Positions 39,146 to 48,075 of a stretch of 64,000 nt of DNA are shown piece after piece. Source of the DNA: Longimicrobiales bacterium (GTDB taxonomy: Bacteria > Gemmatimonadota > Gemmatimonadetes > Longimicrobiales > Gaopeijiaceae); contig OZ251497.1 of the NCBI GenBank assembly GCA_965242735.1, positions 1,140,409 through 1,204,408 on the forward strand, written 5' to 3'. The first letter of the stretch is position 1. Every line of letters begins with the position of its first letter. The notes under the pieces are model-generated. The model was given only the letters and a program-made list of their open reading frames with translations, did no database searches and had not been told where the DNA came from. Made by a program: the position numbers and the translations under genes.

Positions 39146-40399
39146 GTGGACGGCGAAGGGCGCTGGACGGGCGGCCACGAGCCTCTGGGCGCGCATGGCG
39201 CCGGCCGCAGCGTTGCGTGGACGAGCGCCGCGCCGGAATCGGACCTGCACCAGCTGCGGGCCTGGAGAAGCGCCGTGGGGCCCGCATGGCTACTGGAGGG
39301 CGCGGGCACGGCGGACCCCCGTCTGCCGGTGGTGGCGGCAACGTGGAACGCGCGCACCGGCGGCGGTGCGCTTCGCGCGTTCTGGCGAGGGTTGCTGGCA
39401 GAGCGCGGCGGCGCAGGAACGCCTGTGGTCGCGCTGTTGCAGGAGGTCTTTTCCTCGGGAGATCACGTGCCGCGGGGCGCGGACGGCTCTGCGGGCGCCG
39501 GGCGGGTGGGCGGCATGTTCGCGCGGGCGGGCGGGGAAGCCCAGGCCGACGCCGACACCGCGAGAAGATCGTCTTTCCGGGAGGCGGCTGGCGCGGCGGG
39601 GCCCCGTTCCGGCGCGGGCGGATCGTCCCGCCGCTGGGCGTGGGCGGAGCGCATCGCCGACTCGCCCCCTGGAGAGGCCCGGACCGACGTGGTGGCCTTC
39701 GCCAAGGAAGAAGGACTGTCGCTCGTCTACGTGCCTTCCATGCGCAACGGCGCCGGGAGCGTGGAAGGAGGTGCGGCCGGAGACGCGGCGTCCGTTCGCG
39801 AGGACCGCGGCAACGCCGTCCTGGCCAACGTGCCGCTCGCGTCCCCCTTGGCCGTCGAGTTGCCCTTCGAGCGCCAGCGCCGGGTAGCGGTCGCGGCCGA
39901 AGCGCGCCTGGGCGGCGAGCGCGTCGCGTTCTGTTCCGTGCACTTGGACAACCGGGCGCCCTGGCGCCGGGCGTGGCGCAGCCTGGGCCAAGCGCGCGGG
40001 CGGCAGATGGCCGGACTGTTGCGGGCTCTGGCGACGCTGGGACTGATTCCATCTCGCCTGGAAGACGGCCCGCGGCCCTTCGGCGCCCAGCCCTTCGGCG
40101 CGCCGTGGGGGGATGCCCAGCCTCCCGCCGCCTTCGTCCTGGGAGGCGACCTGAACACATGGACGCGCGGCGCGCGCGAGGACGCCTACAAGCGGGCGCG
40201 CCGGCGTTTCCCCGAGCCGGCGGCGCCGGATCCCCGCCCCACGCATCACTTCGAGATCGGCGGCGTGCTCCGCCGCTCGGACCACCTCCTTTTCGCCTTG
40301 CCGCCCGGCTGGCGCGGCGACTGCCGCCGCTTGGACGACACCTTCGGCTCGGACCACTACCCGCTCGTCGGCGTCCTTCGCTTTGCTACACGGCGGTAG
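39146..40399 (+). CDS. endonuclease/exonuclease/phosphatase (EEP) family protein
   Basis: It has ..VAATWNARTGGG.. at the N-terminus and ..GGDLNTW.. and ..GSDHYPLV.. at the C-terminus. There is no in-frame ATG, so GTG 39146 is a guess. Confidence 0.6.
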   Translation: MDGEGRWTGGHEPLGAHGAGRSVAWTSAAPESDLHQLRAWRSAVGPAWLLEGAGTADPRLPVVAATWNARTGGGALRAFWRGLLAERGGAGTPVVALLQEVFSSGDHVPRGADGSAGAGRVGGMFARAGGEAQADADTARRSSFREAAGAAGPRSGAGGSSRRWAWAERIADSPPGEARTDVVAFAKEEGLSLVYVPSMRNGAGSVEGGAAGDAASVREDRGNAVLANVPLASPLAVELPFERQRRVAVAAEARLGGERVAFCSVHLDNRAPWRRAWRSLGQARGRQMAGLLRALATLGLIPSRLEDGPRPFGAQPFGAPWGDAQPPAAFVLGGDLNTWTRGAREDAYKRARRRFPEPAAPDPRPTHHFEIGGVLRRSDHLLFALPPGWRGDCRRLDDTFGSDHYPLVGVLRFATRR

Positions 40400-40536
40400 G
40401 CTTGTCTCGATCCCGGCGCCGTCCGTTGCGGAGCCGGGTTTGCAACGGCGCCGCCTCTGCTATGCTATATTCTCGCGTCCGTTGGTCAGCTCGCCTGAAC
40501 ATGGATGGTCAGATCGCATGAATCACGCGTCCTCCG

Positions 40537-40547
40537 CCCCCCCCCCC
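40537..40547 (+). repeat. C11 homopolymer tract in the adhesin leader
   Basis: Counted directly: 4 C at 40537-40540 plus 7 C at 40541-40547. It lies 93 nt 5' of ATG 40640. Confidence 0.95.
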
Positions 40548-40639
40548 TTTGCTCGAGGGCTCCGGCCAGTGTCGGTCGTGGCCGCGCGCGGCTCAAGCCA
40601 AAGCGCGGGCGTACGGTCGCTGATTGCGCGCCGACTCCG

Positions 40640-43600
40640 ATGACGTGCGGTGTTGCGGTGGCTCGGGTCGCCGGACTCGCAGCCGTCGTCCTGGCGAGCC
40701 TCGGCGGGTTCGGCAGCGGCCTCGCGGCCCAGACCCCGACGGTGACCGGCCTGTCGGTGAATTCGCCGTCGACATCCAACTTCAAGGAACTAACCCACCA
40801 CGACCAGTTCTGGCTCACCGAGGTGATCCGAGTCAAGGTGGCGTTCAGCGATTCGGTGGACGTGACCGGCACGCCGCACGTGGTGCTGGGGATCGGATCG
40901 TGCACGGACTGCTTTGCGGAATACGCTTCGGGGACGGGGACGGACACGCTGTTGTTCGCTTACGAGGTCCTGCGCGGCGACACGGACTCCACTGGGATCA
41001 GCATCGCGGCGGACGCGTTGAAGCTGAACAGCGGCACGATCAACGCGTCCGGCAGCGGGGCGGCGGCAAGCTTGAACTTGGGGACGCACGCGTTCACGGA
41101 CGACGCAGCCCGAAAGGTCCAGACGATCGACAACAACAACGCCACTGGAGCAAACACCGGCGTTGTCAACATTCTTCAGAACGACCCGGCGAGCGGCGAC
41201 ACCTACAAGCTCGGCGAGACGATCTGGATCACGTTGGTGTTCAGCCGGAACGTCAGCGGGCAAGGACAGGACTGGAGGCAGCACTTTAAGGTTCTGATAA
41301 GAATCGGCGACAAGGTCCGGCGGATGGACTACGACAGCGGAGCGAGCACGACTCAATGGGTTTTCCGTTACGCCGTGCAGGCGAACGACCTGGACGCCGA
41401 CGGGTACACCATCGAGGGGCGGGCCTTTATCGGCGGAGTGATCAGTCACTTTACGTCCCGCAACATGGGCCGTCAGGCGATCGTGAACGACGGGGATCGC
41501 AAGGTGGACGGGAGCCAGGGCGTGCCGGGGATAACGAGCGTGACGTTGGGCGCGCCGGCGGGGGGCGACACGCACTTTGCGGGCGACGCGGTCGAGGCGA
41601 CGGTGAAGTTCACGCAGCCGGTGGCTGTGGACACGACGGGCGGCAAGCCGCAGCTGGGTTTGCAGATTGGAGCGAACACGCGCCAGGCGCCGTACGTGTC
41701 GGGCACGGGCACGACGGACTTGGTGTTCCGGTACGTGGTGGTGGCGGCGGATTCTGACACGGACGGGTTGAGCACTTTCGGCACCGCTTTGGGCTTGAAC
41801 GGCGGGACGATCACGGACACGGTTTCGGCGTCGCCTACGAACGTTGTGAGGGCGTTGGGCGATGCGGCGTTGGGCGCGCAGAGCGGCCACAGGGTGGACG
41901 GTTCGGCGGCGATGGGCGTGGTGGGCTTGGCGCTGGCGAGCCGTCCGGCGAGCGGGGACACGTACGGGTTGAGCGAGGCGATCGAGGCGCGGGTGACGTT
42001 CAACCGATCGGTGACGGTGACGGGCACGCCGCAGCTGGACTTGCTGTTTGGGACGGACACGGTTCAGGCGGACTACGTGTCGGGCGGCGGCGGGACGGCG
42101 TTGACGTTCCGGCACGTGGTGGCGTCGGGCGACGTGGACGCGGACGGGTTGAGCGTGGACACGCTGAAGCTGAACAGCGGGACGATCGTGGACGCGCGGT
42201 CGGGCGGCGCGGCGGCGGGCCGGGCGCTGGGCGCGCACGTCGCGATCACGGACGACGGGAACCACAAGGTGGACGGTTCGGTGGAGGTCGCGCCGGCGGT
42301 GACGGGCGTGTCGTTCGCGAGCGCGCCGGCGGCCGGGGGCGTGTACGAGTTGGGCGAGCGGATCGAGGTCGAGGTGACGTTCGACAAGCTGGTGGACGTG
42401 ACGACGACGGACGGCACGCCGTCGCTGGCGCTGGAGATCGGGACGGCGACGCGGCAGGCGGGCTACGCATCGGGGACGGGCACGTCGGCGCTGACGTTCT
42501 CGTACGAGGTGGCGGCGGGCGACGAGGACGCGGACGGGGCGAGCGTGACGGTGCTGGCGCTGAACGGCGGGGCGATCGCGATCTCGGGCGGGACGGCGGC
42601 GGCGGAGTTGGCGCTGGGCAGCCACGCGATCGTGAACGACGGGGCACATGTGGTGGACGCGGGGACGTACGTGACGGGGCTGGCGTTGAGCGATCCGGTG
42701 GTGGGCGACACGTACGAGCTGCGCGACACGATCAAGGTCGTGCTGACGTTCAGCAAGGCGGTGGACGTGACAGGCACGCCGCAGCTGGGGCTGACGGTCA
42801 CGAGCGCGCGGACGGCGCCGTACGCGTCGGGCACGGGCACGACGGAGCTGACGTTCCAGTACGTGGTGCAGTCGGTCGACTTGGACAACGACGGGTTGAG
42901 CATCGGCGCGAGCGCGCTGGGGTTGAACGGCGGGACGATCACGACGTCGGGCACGGGCTCGAACGCGGGGCTGAGCTTGGCGGGCCACACGGTGACGAAC
43001 AGCGCGGGGCACAAGGTGTACGGCAACTTGTACGCGCCGGCGGTGAGCGGGTTGTCGATGTCGAGCGTTCCGGCGGCGGCCGAGACGTACGCGGCGACGG
43101 ACACGATCGAGGCGGAGGTGACGTTCAACCGTCGGGTGAACGTGGTGACGACGGGCGGGACGCCGCAGCTGGCGCTGGGGATCGGGGCGAACACGCGTCA
43201 GGCGGCGTACGCGAGCGGGACGGGCACGAACGTGCTGAAGTTCCGGTACGTGGTGGTGGCTGCGGACGCGGACCCGGACGGGATCGAGGTGGCGGCGGGC
43301 GCGTTGACGCTGAATTCGGGCGCGATCAACGACGTGCGCCGCACGGTGCCGCTGGCGGCGTCGCTGGGGCTGGGGACGCATGCGTTGTCGGCGCAGGCGG
43401 GCCACAAGGTGGACGGCACGATTGCGCCGGCGTCGGTGAGCGGGGCGGCGATCACGAGCCGTCCGGCGAGCGGGGACACGTACGGGTTGGGCGAGCGGAT
43501 CGCGGTCGAGGTGACGTTCGACCGTGCGGTGGCGGTGACGGGTTCGCCGCAGCTGGAGGTCGAGATAACGGGCGTGTTGCGCCCGGCGAGGTACGCGAGC

Positions 43601-46600
43601 GGTTCGGGCACGACGGCGCTGGCGTTTCACTACTGGGTTCGGGGCGCGGGCTCGGGCGGCGCCGGACCGGGCGGCGTGGACCAGACGACGGCCGGGGTCT
43701 CGGTGAGCGCGGGCGCGTTGTCGCTCAACGGCGGGACGATCAAGAACGTGGCGAACCCGGAGCGCGACTTCAGCGCGGCGCTGGGCTTGGGGAGCCATGC
43801 GCTGACGAACGATCCGAGCCACAAGGTGGACGGCAGCGTCGAGGCGGCGCCGGTGGTGACGGGCGTCGAGGTGGCGAGCCGGCCGACGGGCCCGACGGGC
43901 TACGGGTCGGGGGCCGGGATCGTGCTGCGGGTGTCGTTCAGCCGGGCGGTGACGGTGACGGGCGCGCCGCGCTTGGCGGTGGTGATCGGCATTGCGCGCC
44001 GCCGGGCGGCGTACGTGTCGGGCAGCGGGACGGACGTGTTGGAGTTCCGGTACCGCGTGGTGCCGTCGGACGCGGACCGCAACGGGTTCAGCGTGCCGGC
44101 GAACGCGTTGGAGCTGGCGGGCGGCGCGATCGGGCTTTCGGGCGGTTCGGAGGACGCGGAGCTGAGCTTGGGGAGCCACGCGCTGGCCGACGTGACGGGC
44201 CACGCGGTGGACGGCGGGACGGGCGCGGACGATCCGAGGTTCGAGCGCAGAGAGTACGTGTTCGAGCTGGCGGAGAACGTTGCCGGACCGGTCGAGCTGG
44301 GCGAGGTGAGCGCGGCGGACCCGTACGACAGCGACGTGAGCTATTCGCTGGGCGACGGCGCTCGCGGCTTCGAGGTGAACGAGTGGGGCGGCGAACTGCG
44401 GTACGTGGGGAGCGGCTTGGACGCGGAGTCGGAGCCGAAGCGGGTGATGAAGGTGTTGGCGACGGCGGAGGACGGTCGCGAGGGCGAGGCGCTGGTGATC
44501 GTGCACGTGTTGGACGAGAACGAGGCCCCGGCGTTCGCCGAGGACCGGCTGGCGTTCCGGCTGCCCGAGAACGTGGCCGGCCCGCTGGCGCTGGGCGTGG
44601 CGGAGGCGTCGGACCCGGACGAAGGCGACGCGCTGTCCTACGCTCTGGCGTCCGGGGACGCGGGGTTGTTCGAGGTGGACGCTGCGAGCGGCGAGGTGCG
44701 CTACGTGGGCGACGGCGAGGACTACGACGGTTCGGGACCGAAGTCGTGGGCGCTCGAGGTGGTGGCGACGGACAGGGCGGGCTTGAGCGCCGTGGCGGCG
44801 GTGGTCGTGTCGCTGGGCGACGAGAACGAGGCGCCGGCGTTCGCCGACTCGACGTACGCGTTCGAGCTGCCCGAGAACGCGGCGGGCCCGGTCGTCGTGG
44901 GGACGGTTCGCGCGATCGACCCGGACGCGAGCGACCGGCTGGTCTACGAGCTGGCGTCGGGCGGCGCGGGGCTGTTCGAGGTGGACGCCGCGAGCGGCGC
45001 GGTGCGCTACGTGGGTCCGGGCGAGGACGCGGAGACGGACGAGGGGCCGAAGTCGTGGGCGCTGGTGGTGCGGGCGACGGACGGCGGCGGGCTGAGCGCC
45101 GAGGCGTCCGTGTCGGTGTCGCTGCTGGACGTCAACGAGGCGCCGGCGTTCGAGGCCGAGCGCTATGAATGGGAATTCGACGAGAACGTTGCGGGTCCTT
45201 TGGCGCTGGGCGTCGTCCGGGCGAGCGACCCGGACCGGGCGGACACGACGCTGGCGTACAGCTTGTCGGGCGAGGGCGCGGCGTTGTTCGAGGCGGACGC
45301 TGCGAGCGGCGCGGTGCGCTACGTCGGCTCGGGCGAGGACTACGAGGCGGGCCCGACGTCGTGGACGTTCGAGGTCGTGGCGACGGACGGCGAGGGCTTG
45401 CAGGGCCGCGTGCCCGCCGAGGTGACGTTGCTGAACGTGAACGAGGCGCCGGCGTTCGCCGATTCGGCGTACGCGTTCGAGCTGGCCGAGAACCAGGCGG
45501 GTCCGGTCGAGCTGGGCCGCGTCGAGGCGTCGGACGAGGACGCGGACGACGAGCTGACGTACAGCTTGTCGGGCGGCGGCGGCCGGTTCGAGGTGGACGC
45601 TGCGAGCGGCGCGGTGCGCTACGTGGGTTCGGGCGAGGACTACGAGGCGGGCCCGCGGTCGTACGAGCTGGCGTTGCGCGTGACGGACGCGGGCGGCCTG
45701 TCGGGCGAGGCGCGCGGCGTGGTGGCGCTGCTGGACGTCAACGAGGGACCGGAGGCGGTGGGCGCGATGGCGCCGAAGACGCTCGAGGCCTACGGCGCTG
45801 CGGCCGAGGAGGACCTCGGACAGTACTTCCGCGATCCGGACGGCGACGCGTTGAGCTACGCGGCCGAGTCGTCGGCGCCGAGCGTCGCGGCCGTGTCGGT
45901 CGCGGCGGGCCGGCTGTCGATCGCGCCGCAGGCGATCGGCGTCGCGACGGTGACGGTGACGGCGCGGGACCCGGACGGGCTCGAGGGGACGCAGACGGTG
46001 GCGGTGACGGTCGAGGCGTCGCGTTCGGAGCGGGCGCGGGCGCTCGAGGCGGCGCTGACGGCGTTCGGACGCTCGGTGGGCACGGAGGCGGTCGACGCGA
46101 TCGGCGGGCGCCTGGGCGTCGAGTCGTCGAGCGTGCTGGGCCGTTCGCACGTCCAGCTGGGCAGCCGCTCGGTGGGGTGCGGCGCGCTCGGCGGCGAAGC
46201 GGCGTCGTCGTGCGGCTGGGCGCAGCTGGCGCGCGGCGCGTCGAGCCTGCTGGGCGTGCAGCTGAACGGTCCCGCCGCGATGGCCGGCCCAGCCGGCGGC
46301 TCGGGCGGCGGGAGCGTGTCGCTGGACGCCGTGTCGCTGCTGTTCGGCGACGGCTCCAGCGGCGCGCAGGACGGCTTGGCGAGCGGATTCGGCGGCGGCG
46401 GCGCGTACAACGGCCAGCAGGCGCCGCCGGAGCCGGGCGGCGGCGAGCAGCGCGGCGGCCTGAAGTTCGACCCGTTGTCGGGCGGCGATCTGCGGTCGCG
46501 CAGCTCGTTCCGGCTGTCGTTCGGCGACGACGGCGCCGACGCGGGCGCGAGAGACGCGGGCGCGCCGCAGTCGGCCGTCGGCACGGGCTGGACGGTGTGG

Positions 46601-47755
46601 GGCCAGGCGAACGCGGGCGCGTTCGAGAGCTCGCCCGACGACGGCCTGACGGTCGAGGGCCGCACGCGCTCCGTCTACGCCGGGCTCGACTACGGATTCG
46701 GCTCGGGCCTGCTGGTCGGGCTGGCCGCGTCGCGCAACACGCTGGCGTCCGACTTCGACAGCGAGATCAACGGCGCCGGCGCCGTCGACGCGCGCCTGAC
46801 GAACCTGTACCCCTACGCGCACTGGTCGCCGCGCGAGGGACTCGGGCTGTGGGGACTCGTCGGCGCGGGCCGCGGCAGCGCCGACCTGGCCGAGACGGCG
46901 GGCGGACGCTTCAGGACGGACCTGACGATGCGCATGCTCGCGCTCGGCGGACGCCAGGAGCTGATCGGCGCGCTCGCGCTGAAGGCCGACGCGTTCACCG
47001 TGCGCATCACGTCGGAAGACGGCGCCGGACTGGCCGGCGTGACGGCCGTGGCGCACCGCGCGCGTCTGGCGCCCGAGCTGGCCGGACAGTGGACCATGGG
47101 CGGCGGCATGGCCGTGCGCGCGCGCTTCGAGCTGGGCGCGCGCTACGACCGCGGCGACGCCGAGACGGGCCTCGGCGCCGAGGCGGGCGCCGAATTCGGG
47201 TTCGCGCATCTGGGCAGCGGCTTGAGCATCGACGCGCGCGGCCGGACGCTGCTGGCGCACCAGAAGGACCAGTTCCGCGAGTGGGGCGCCAGCTTCGCCC
47301 TGCGGCTCCAGCCCGGCGGCGAGGAGGGCGGCCTGTCGTTCTCGCTCGAACCGTCGTGGGGCGAGGCGGCCAGCGGGACGGCCGCGCTGTGGCAGGCGCA
47401 GGCCGGCCTGGGCGGCTTGGGCGGCCAGGAGCGGGGCGTCGGCACGGCCGCGGCGCTCGCCGGCGCGCCCGGCTGGACGCCGGACCGGCTGGCGATGGAA
47501 CTGGGCTGGGGCTTCGTCCTGCCGGGCGGCGCGCAGATCGCGCCGTTCGGACGCTGGAGCCGAGAAGGCGCCGCAGGCTACCGCCTCAACGCCGGCACCC
47601 GGTGGACCGCCCTGGCCGCGCCCGGCGAACACCAAGCCGAAGGGAGCCCGCGCCGCGTGCAGCTGACGGTCGACCTCTTCGGCGAGCAGGCGGCCGTCGA
47701 CGCCCAGCCCGCCCAACGCCGCATCGGACTGCTCGGCAGAATCGCCTTCCGGTAG
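40640..47755 (+). CDS. giant autotransporter (type Va) adhesin: about 9 novel 105-115-aa repeats + 5 cadherin-like repeats + Ig-like domain + C-terminal beta-barrel
   Basis: The signal peptide is MTCGVAVARVAGLAAVVLASLGGFGSGLAAQ. Repeat structure and barrel are as listed in the next three features. An in-frame ATG at 40505 is an alternative start. Confidence 0.85.
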   Translation: MTCGVAVARVAGLAAVVLASLGGFGSGLAAQTPTVTGLSVNSPSTSNFKELTHHDQFWLTEVIRVKVAFSDSVDVTGTPHVVLGIGSCTDCFAEYASGTGTDTLLFAYEVLRGDTDSTGISIAADALKLNSGTINASGSGAAASLNLGTHAFTDDAARKVQTIDNNNATGANTGVVNILQNDPASGDTYKLGETIWITLVFSRNVSGQGQDWRQHFKVLIRIGDKVRRMDYDSGASTTQWVFRYAVQANDLDADGYTIEGRAFIGGVISHFTSRNMGRQAIVNDGDRKVDGSQGVPGITSVTLGAPAGGDTHFAGDAVEATVKFTQPVAVDTTGGKPQLGLQIGANTRQAPYVSGTGTTDLVFRYVVVAADSDTDGLSTFGTALGLNGGTITDTVSASPTNVVRALGDAALGAQSGHRVDGSAAMGVVGLALASRPASGDTYGLSEAIEARVTFNRSVTVTGTPQLDLLFGTDTVQADYVSGGGGTALTFRHVVASGDVDADGLSVDTLKLNSGTIVDARSGGAAAGRALGAHVAITDDGNHKVDGSVEVAPAVTGVSFASAPAAGGVYELGERIEVEVTFDKLVDVTTTDGTPSLALEIGTATRQAGYASGTGTSALTFSYEVAAGDEDADGASVTVLALNGGAIAISGGTAAAELALGSHAIVNDGAHVVDAGTYVTGLALSDPVVGDTYELRDTIKVVLTFSKAVDVTGTPQLGLTVTSARTAPYASGTGTTELTFQYVVQSVDLDNDGLSIGASALGLNGGTITTSGTGSNAGLSLAGHTVTNSAGHKVYGNLYAPAVSGLSMSSVPAAAETYAATDTIEAEVTFNRRVNVVTTGGTPQLALGIGANTRQAAYASGTGTNVLKFRYVVVAADADPDGIEVAAGALTLNSGAINDVRRTVPLAASLGLGTHALSAQAGHKVDGTIAPASVSGAAITSRPASGDTYGLGERIAVEVTFDRAVAVTGSPQLEVEITGVLRPARYASGSGTTALAFHYWVRGAGSGGAGPGGVDQTTAGVSVSAGALSLNGGTIKNVANPERDFSAALGLGSHALTNDPSHKVDGSVEAAPVVTGVEVASRPTGPTGYGSGAGIVLRVSFSRAVTVTGAPRLAVVIGIARRRAAYVSGSGTDVLEFRYRVVPSDADRNGFSVPANALELAGGAIGLSGGSEDAELSLGSHALADVTGHAVDGGTGADDPRFERREYVFELAENVAGPVELGEVSAADPYDSDVSYSLGDGARGFEVNEWGGELRYVGSGLDAESEPKRVMKVLATAEDGREGEALVIVHVLDENEAPAFAEDRLAFRLPENVAGPLALGVAEASDPDEGDALSYALASGDAGLFEVDAASGEVRYVGDGEDYDGSGPKSWALEVVATDRAGLSAVAAVVVSLGDENEAPAFADSTYAFELPENAAGPVVVGTVRAIDPDASDRLVYELASGGAGLFEVDAASGAVRYVGPGEDAETDEGPKSWALVVRATDGGGLSAEASVSVSLLDVNEAPAFEAERYEWEFDENVAGPLALGVVRASDPDRADTTLAYSLSGEGAALFEADAASGAVRYVGSGEDYEAGPTSWTFEVVATDGEGLQGRVPAEVTLLNVNEAPAFADSAYAFELAENQAGPVELGRVEASDEDADDELTYSLSGGGGRFEVDAASGAVRYVGSGEDYEAGPRSYELALRVTDAGGLSGEARGVVALLDVNEGPEAVGAMAPKTLEAYGAAAEEDLGQYFRDPDGDALSYAAESSAPSVAAVSVAAGRLSIAPQAIGVATVTVTARDPDGLEGTQTVAVTVEASRSERARALEAALTAFGRSVGTEAVDAIGGRLGVESSSVLGRSHVQLGSRSVGCGALGGEAASSCGWAQLARGASSLLGVQLNGPAAMAGPAGGSGGGSVSLDAVSLLFGDGSSGAQDGLASGFGGGGAYNGQQAPPEPGGGEQRGGLKFDPLSGGDLRSRSSFRLSFGDDGADAGARDAGAPQSAVGTGWTVWGQANAGAFESSPDDGLTVEGRTRSVYAGLDYGFGSGLLVGLAASRNTLASDFDSEINGAGAVDARLTNLYPYAHWSPREGLGLWGLVGAGRGSADLAETAGGRFRTDLTMRMLALGGRQELIGALALKADAFTVRITSEDGAGLAGVTAVAHRARLAPELAGQWTMGGGMAVRARFELGARYDRGDAETGLGAEAGAEFGFAHLGSGLSIDARGRTLLAHQKDQFREWGASFALRLQPGGEEGGLSFSLEPSWGEAASGTAALWQAQAGLGGLGGQERGVGTAAALAGAPGWTPDRLAMELGWGFVLPGGAQIAPFGRWSREGAAGYRLNAGTRWTALAAPGEHQAEGSPRRVQLTVDLFGEQAAVDAQPAQRRIGLLGRIAFR
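40733..44230 (+). repeat. about 9 tandem coding repeats (105-115 aa each), unassigned domain family
   Basis: The consensus is S.P..GDTY.LGE.I.V.VTF...V.VTG.PQL.L.IG...R.A.Y.SGTGT..L.F.Y.V...D.D.DG.S.....L.LNGGTI.......A.L.LG.HA.....HKVDG. Confidence 0.8.
44237..45750 (+). repeat. 5 cadherin-like coding repeats (about 100 aa each)
   Basis: The consensus is Y.FEL.EN.AGP..LG.V.A.DPD..D.L.Y.L.....LFEVDAASG.VRYVG.GEDYE.GP.S..L.V.ATD..GLS......V.L.DVNEAP.F. Confidence 0.8.
46585..47752 (+). other. autotransporter beta-barrel translocator domain (coding sub-region)
   Basis: ..GWTVWGQANAGAFES..VYAGLDYGF..GLAASR..YPYAHW..LWGLVGAGRG.. through ..LGRIAFR. It shows the alternating-strand pattern and an aromatic residue close to the C-terminus. 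Confidence 0.7.
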
Positions 47756-47920
47756 CCCGTCCTAGCGTTCGGCCGCTTCCGCGCAAGCGCGTCCGCCCCG
47801 GCGTCACGCCGCCAAGGCGGCCGCCGCCGCGGAGGCCGGCCGAACGCTTGGACCCCGCCGCCCAACGGCGCCGGCTCAGCTTGGCAGGTACGCTGAGCGG
47901 TTCGACCCCGGGGACCCCGG

Positions 47921-47961
47921 CCGCGTCCGCCTTCCTTCGGCCCGCGTCCGCCTTCCTTCGG
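47921..47961. repeat. 20-bp direct tandem duplication (CCGCGTCCGCCTTCCTTCGG x2, 1-nt spacer)
   Basis: Read directly from the sequence. Confidence 0.9.
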
Positions 47962-48075
47962 CGTGCCCCGAGGATGCGCGGATCACCGCCCCGGAGCGCA
48001 TCAAGTTGACTTGGATCCCCCCCCGCGGATCGACCTACGCGCTCCCATGTCGACCGCAGCCGGTCCCATGCAGCC

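Noticed and set aside
40440-40471. Sigma70-like promoter (TTGCAA ... TATATT) upstream of the adhesin
   Set aside because: The spacer between the best hexamers is 20 nt, or 15 nt to TATGCT. Neither fits the 16-19-nt window. I have no knowledge of this organism's promoter consensus.
40790-47716. 2308-aa ORF antisense to the adhesin gene
   Set aside because: Same reasoning. The product is a monotonous Arg/His/Val/Ala-rich string (..RRAARPRVHDRPAVQLQRVHAQ..), whereas the sense strand encodes well-formed repeat domains and an autotransporter barrel.
47873-47915. tRNA-like fragment (GCTCAGC..GCTGAGC stem followed by GGTTCGACCCCGGGG)
   Set aside because: Only a hairpin plus a T-loop-like string. 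There is no acceptor stem, anticodon arm or matching T-stem, so it cannot be folded into a cloverleaf. GGTTCAAAT at 812-820 is likewise just coding sequence.
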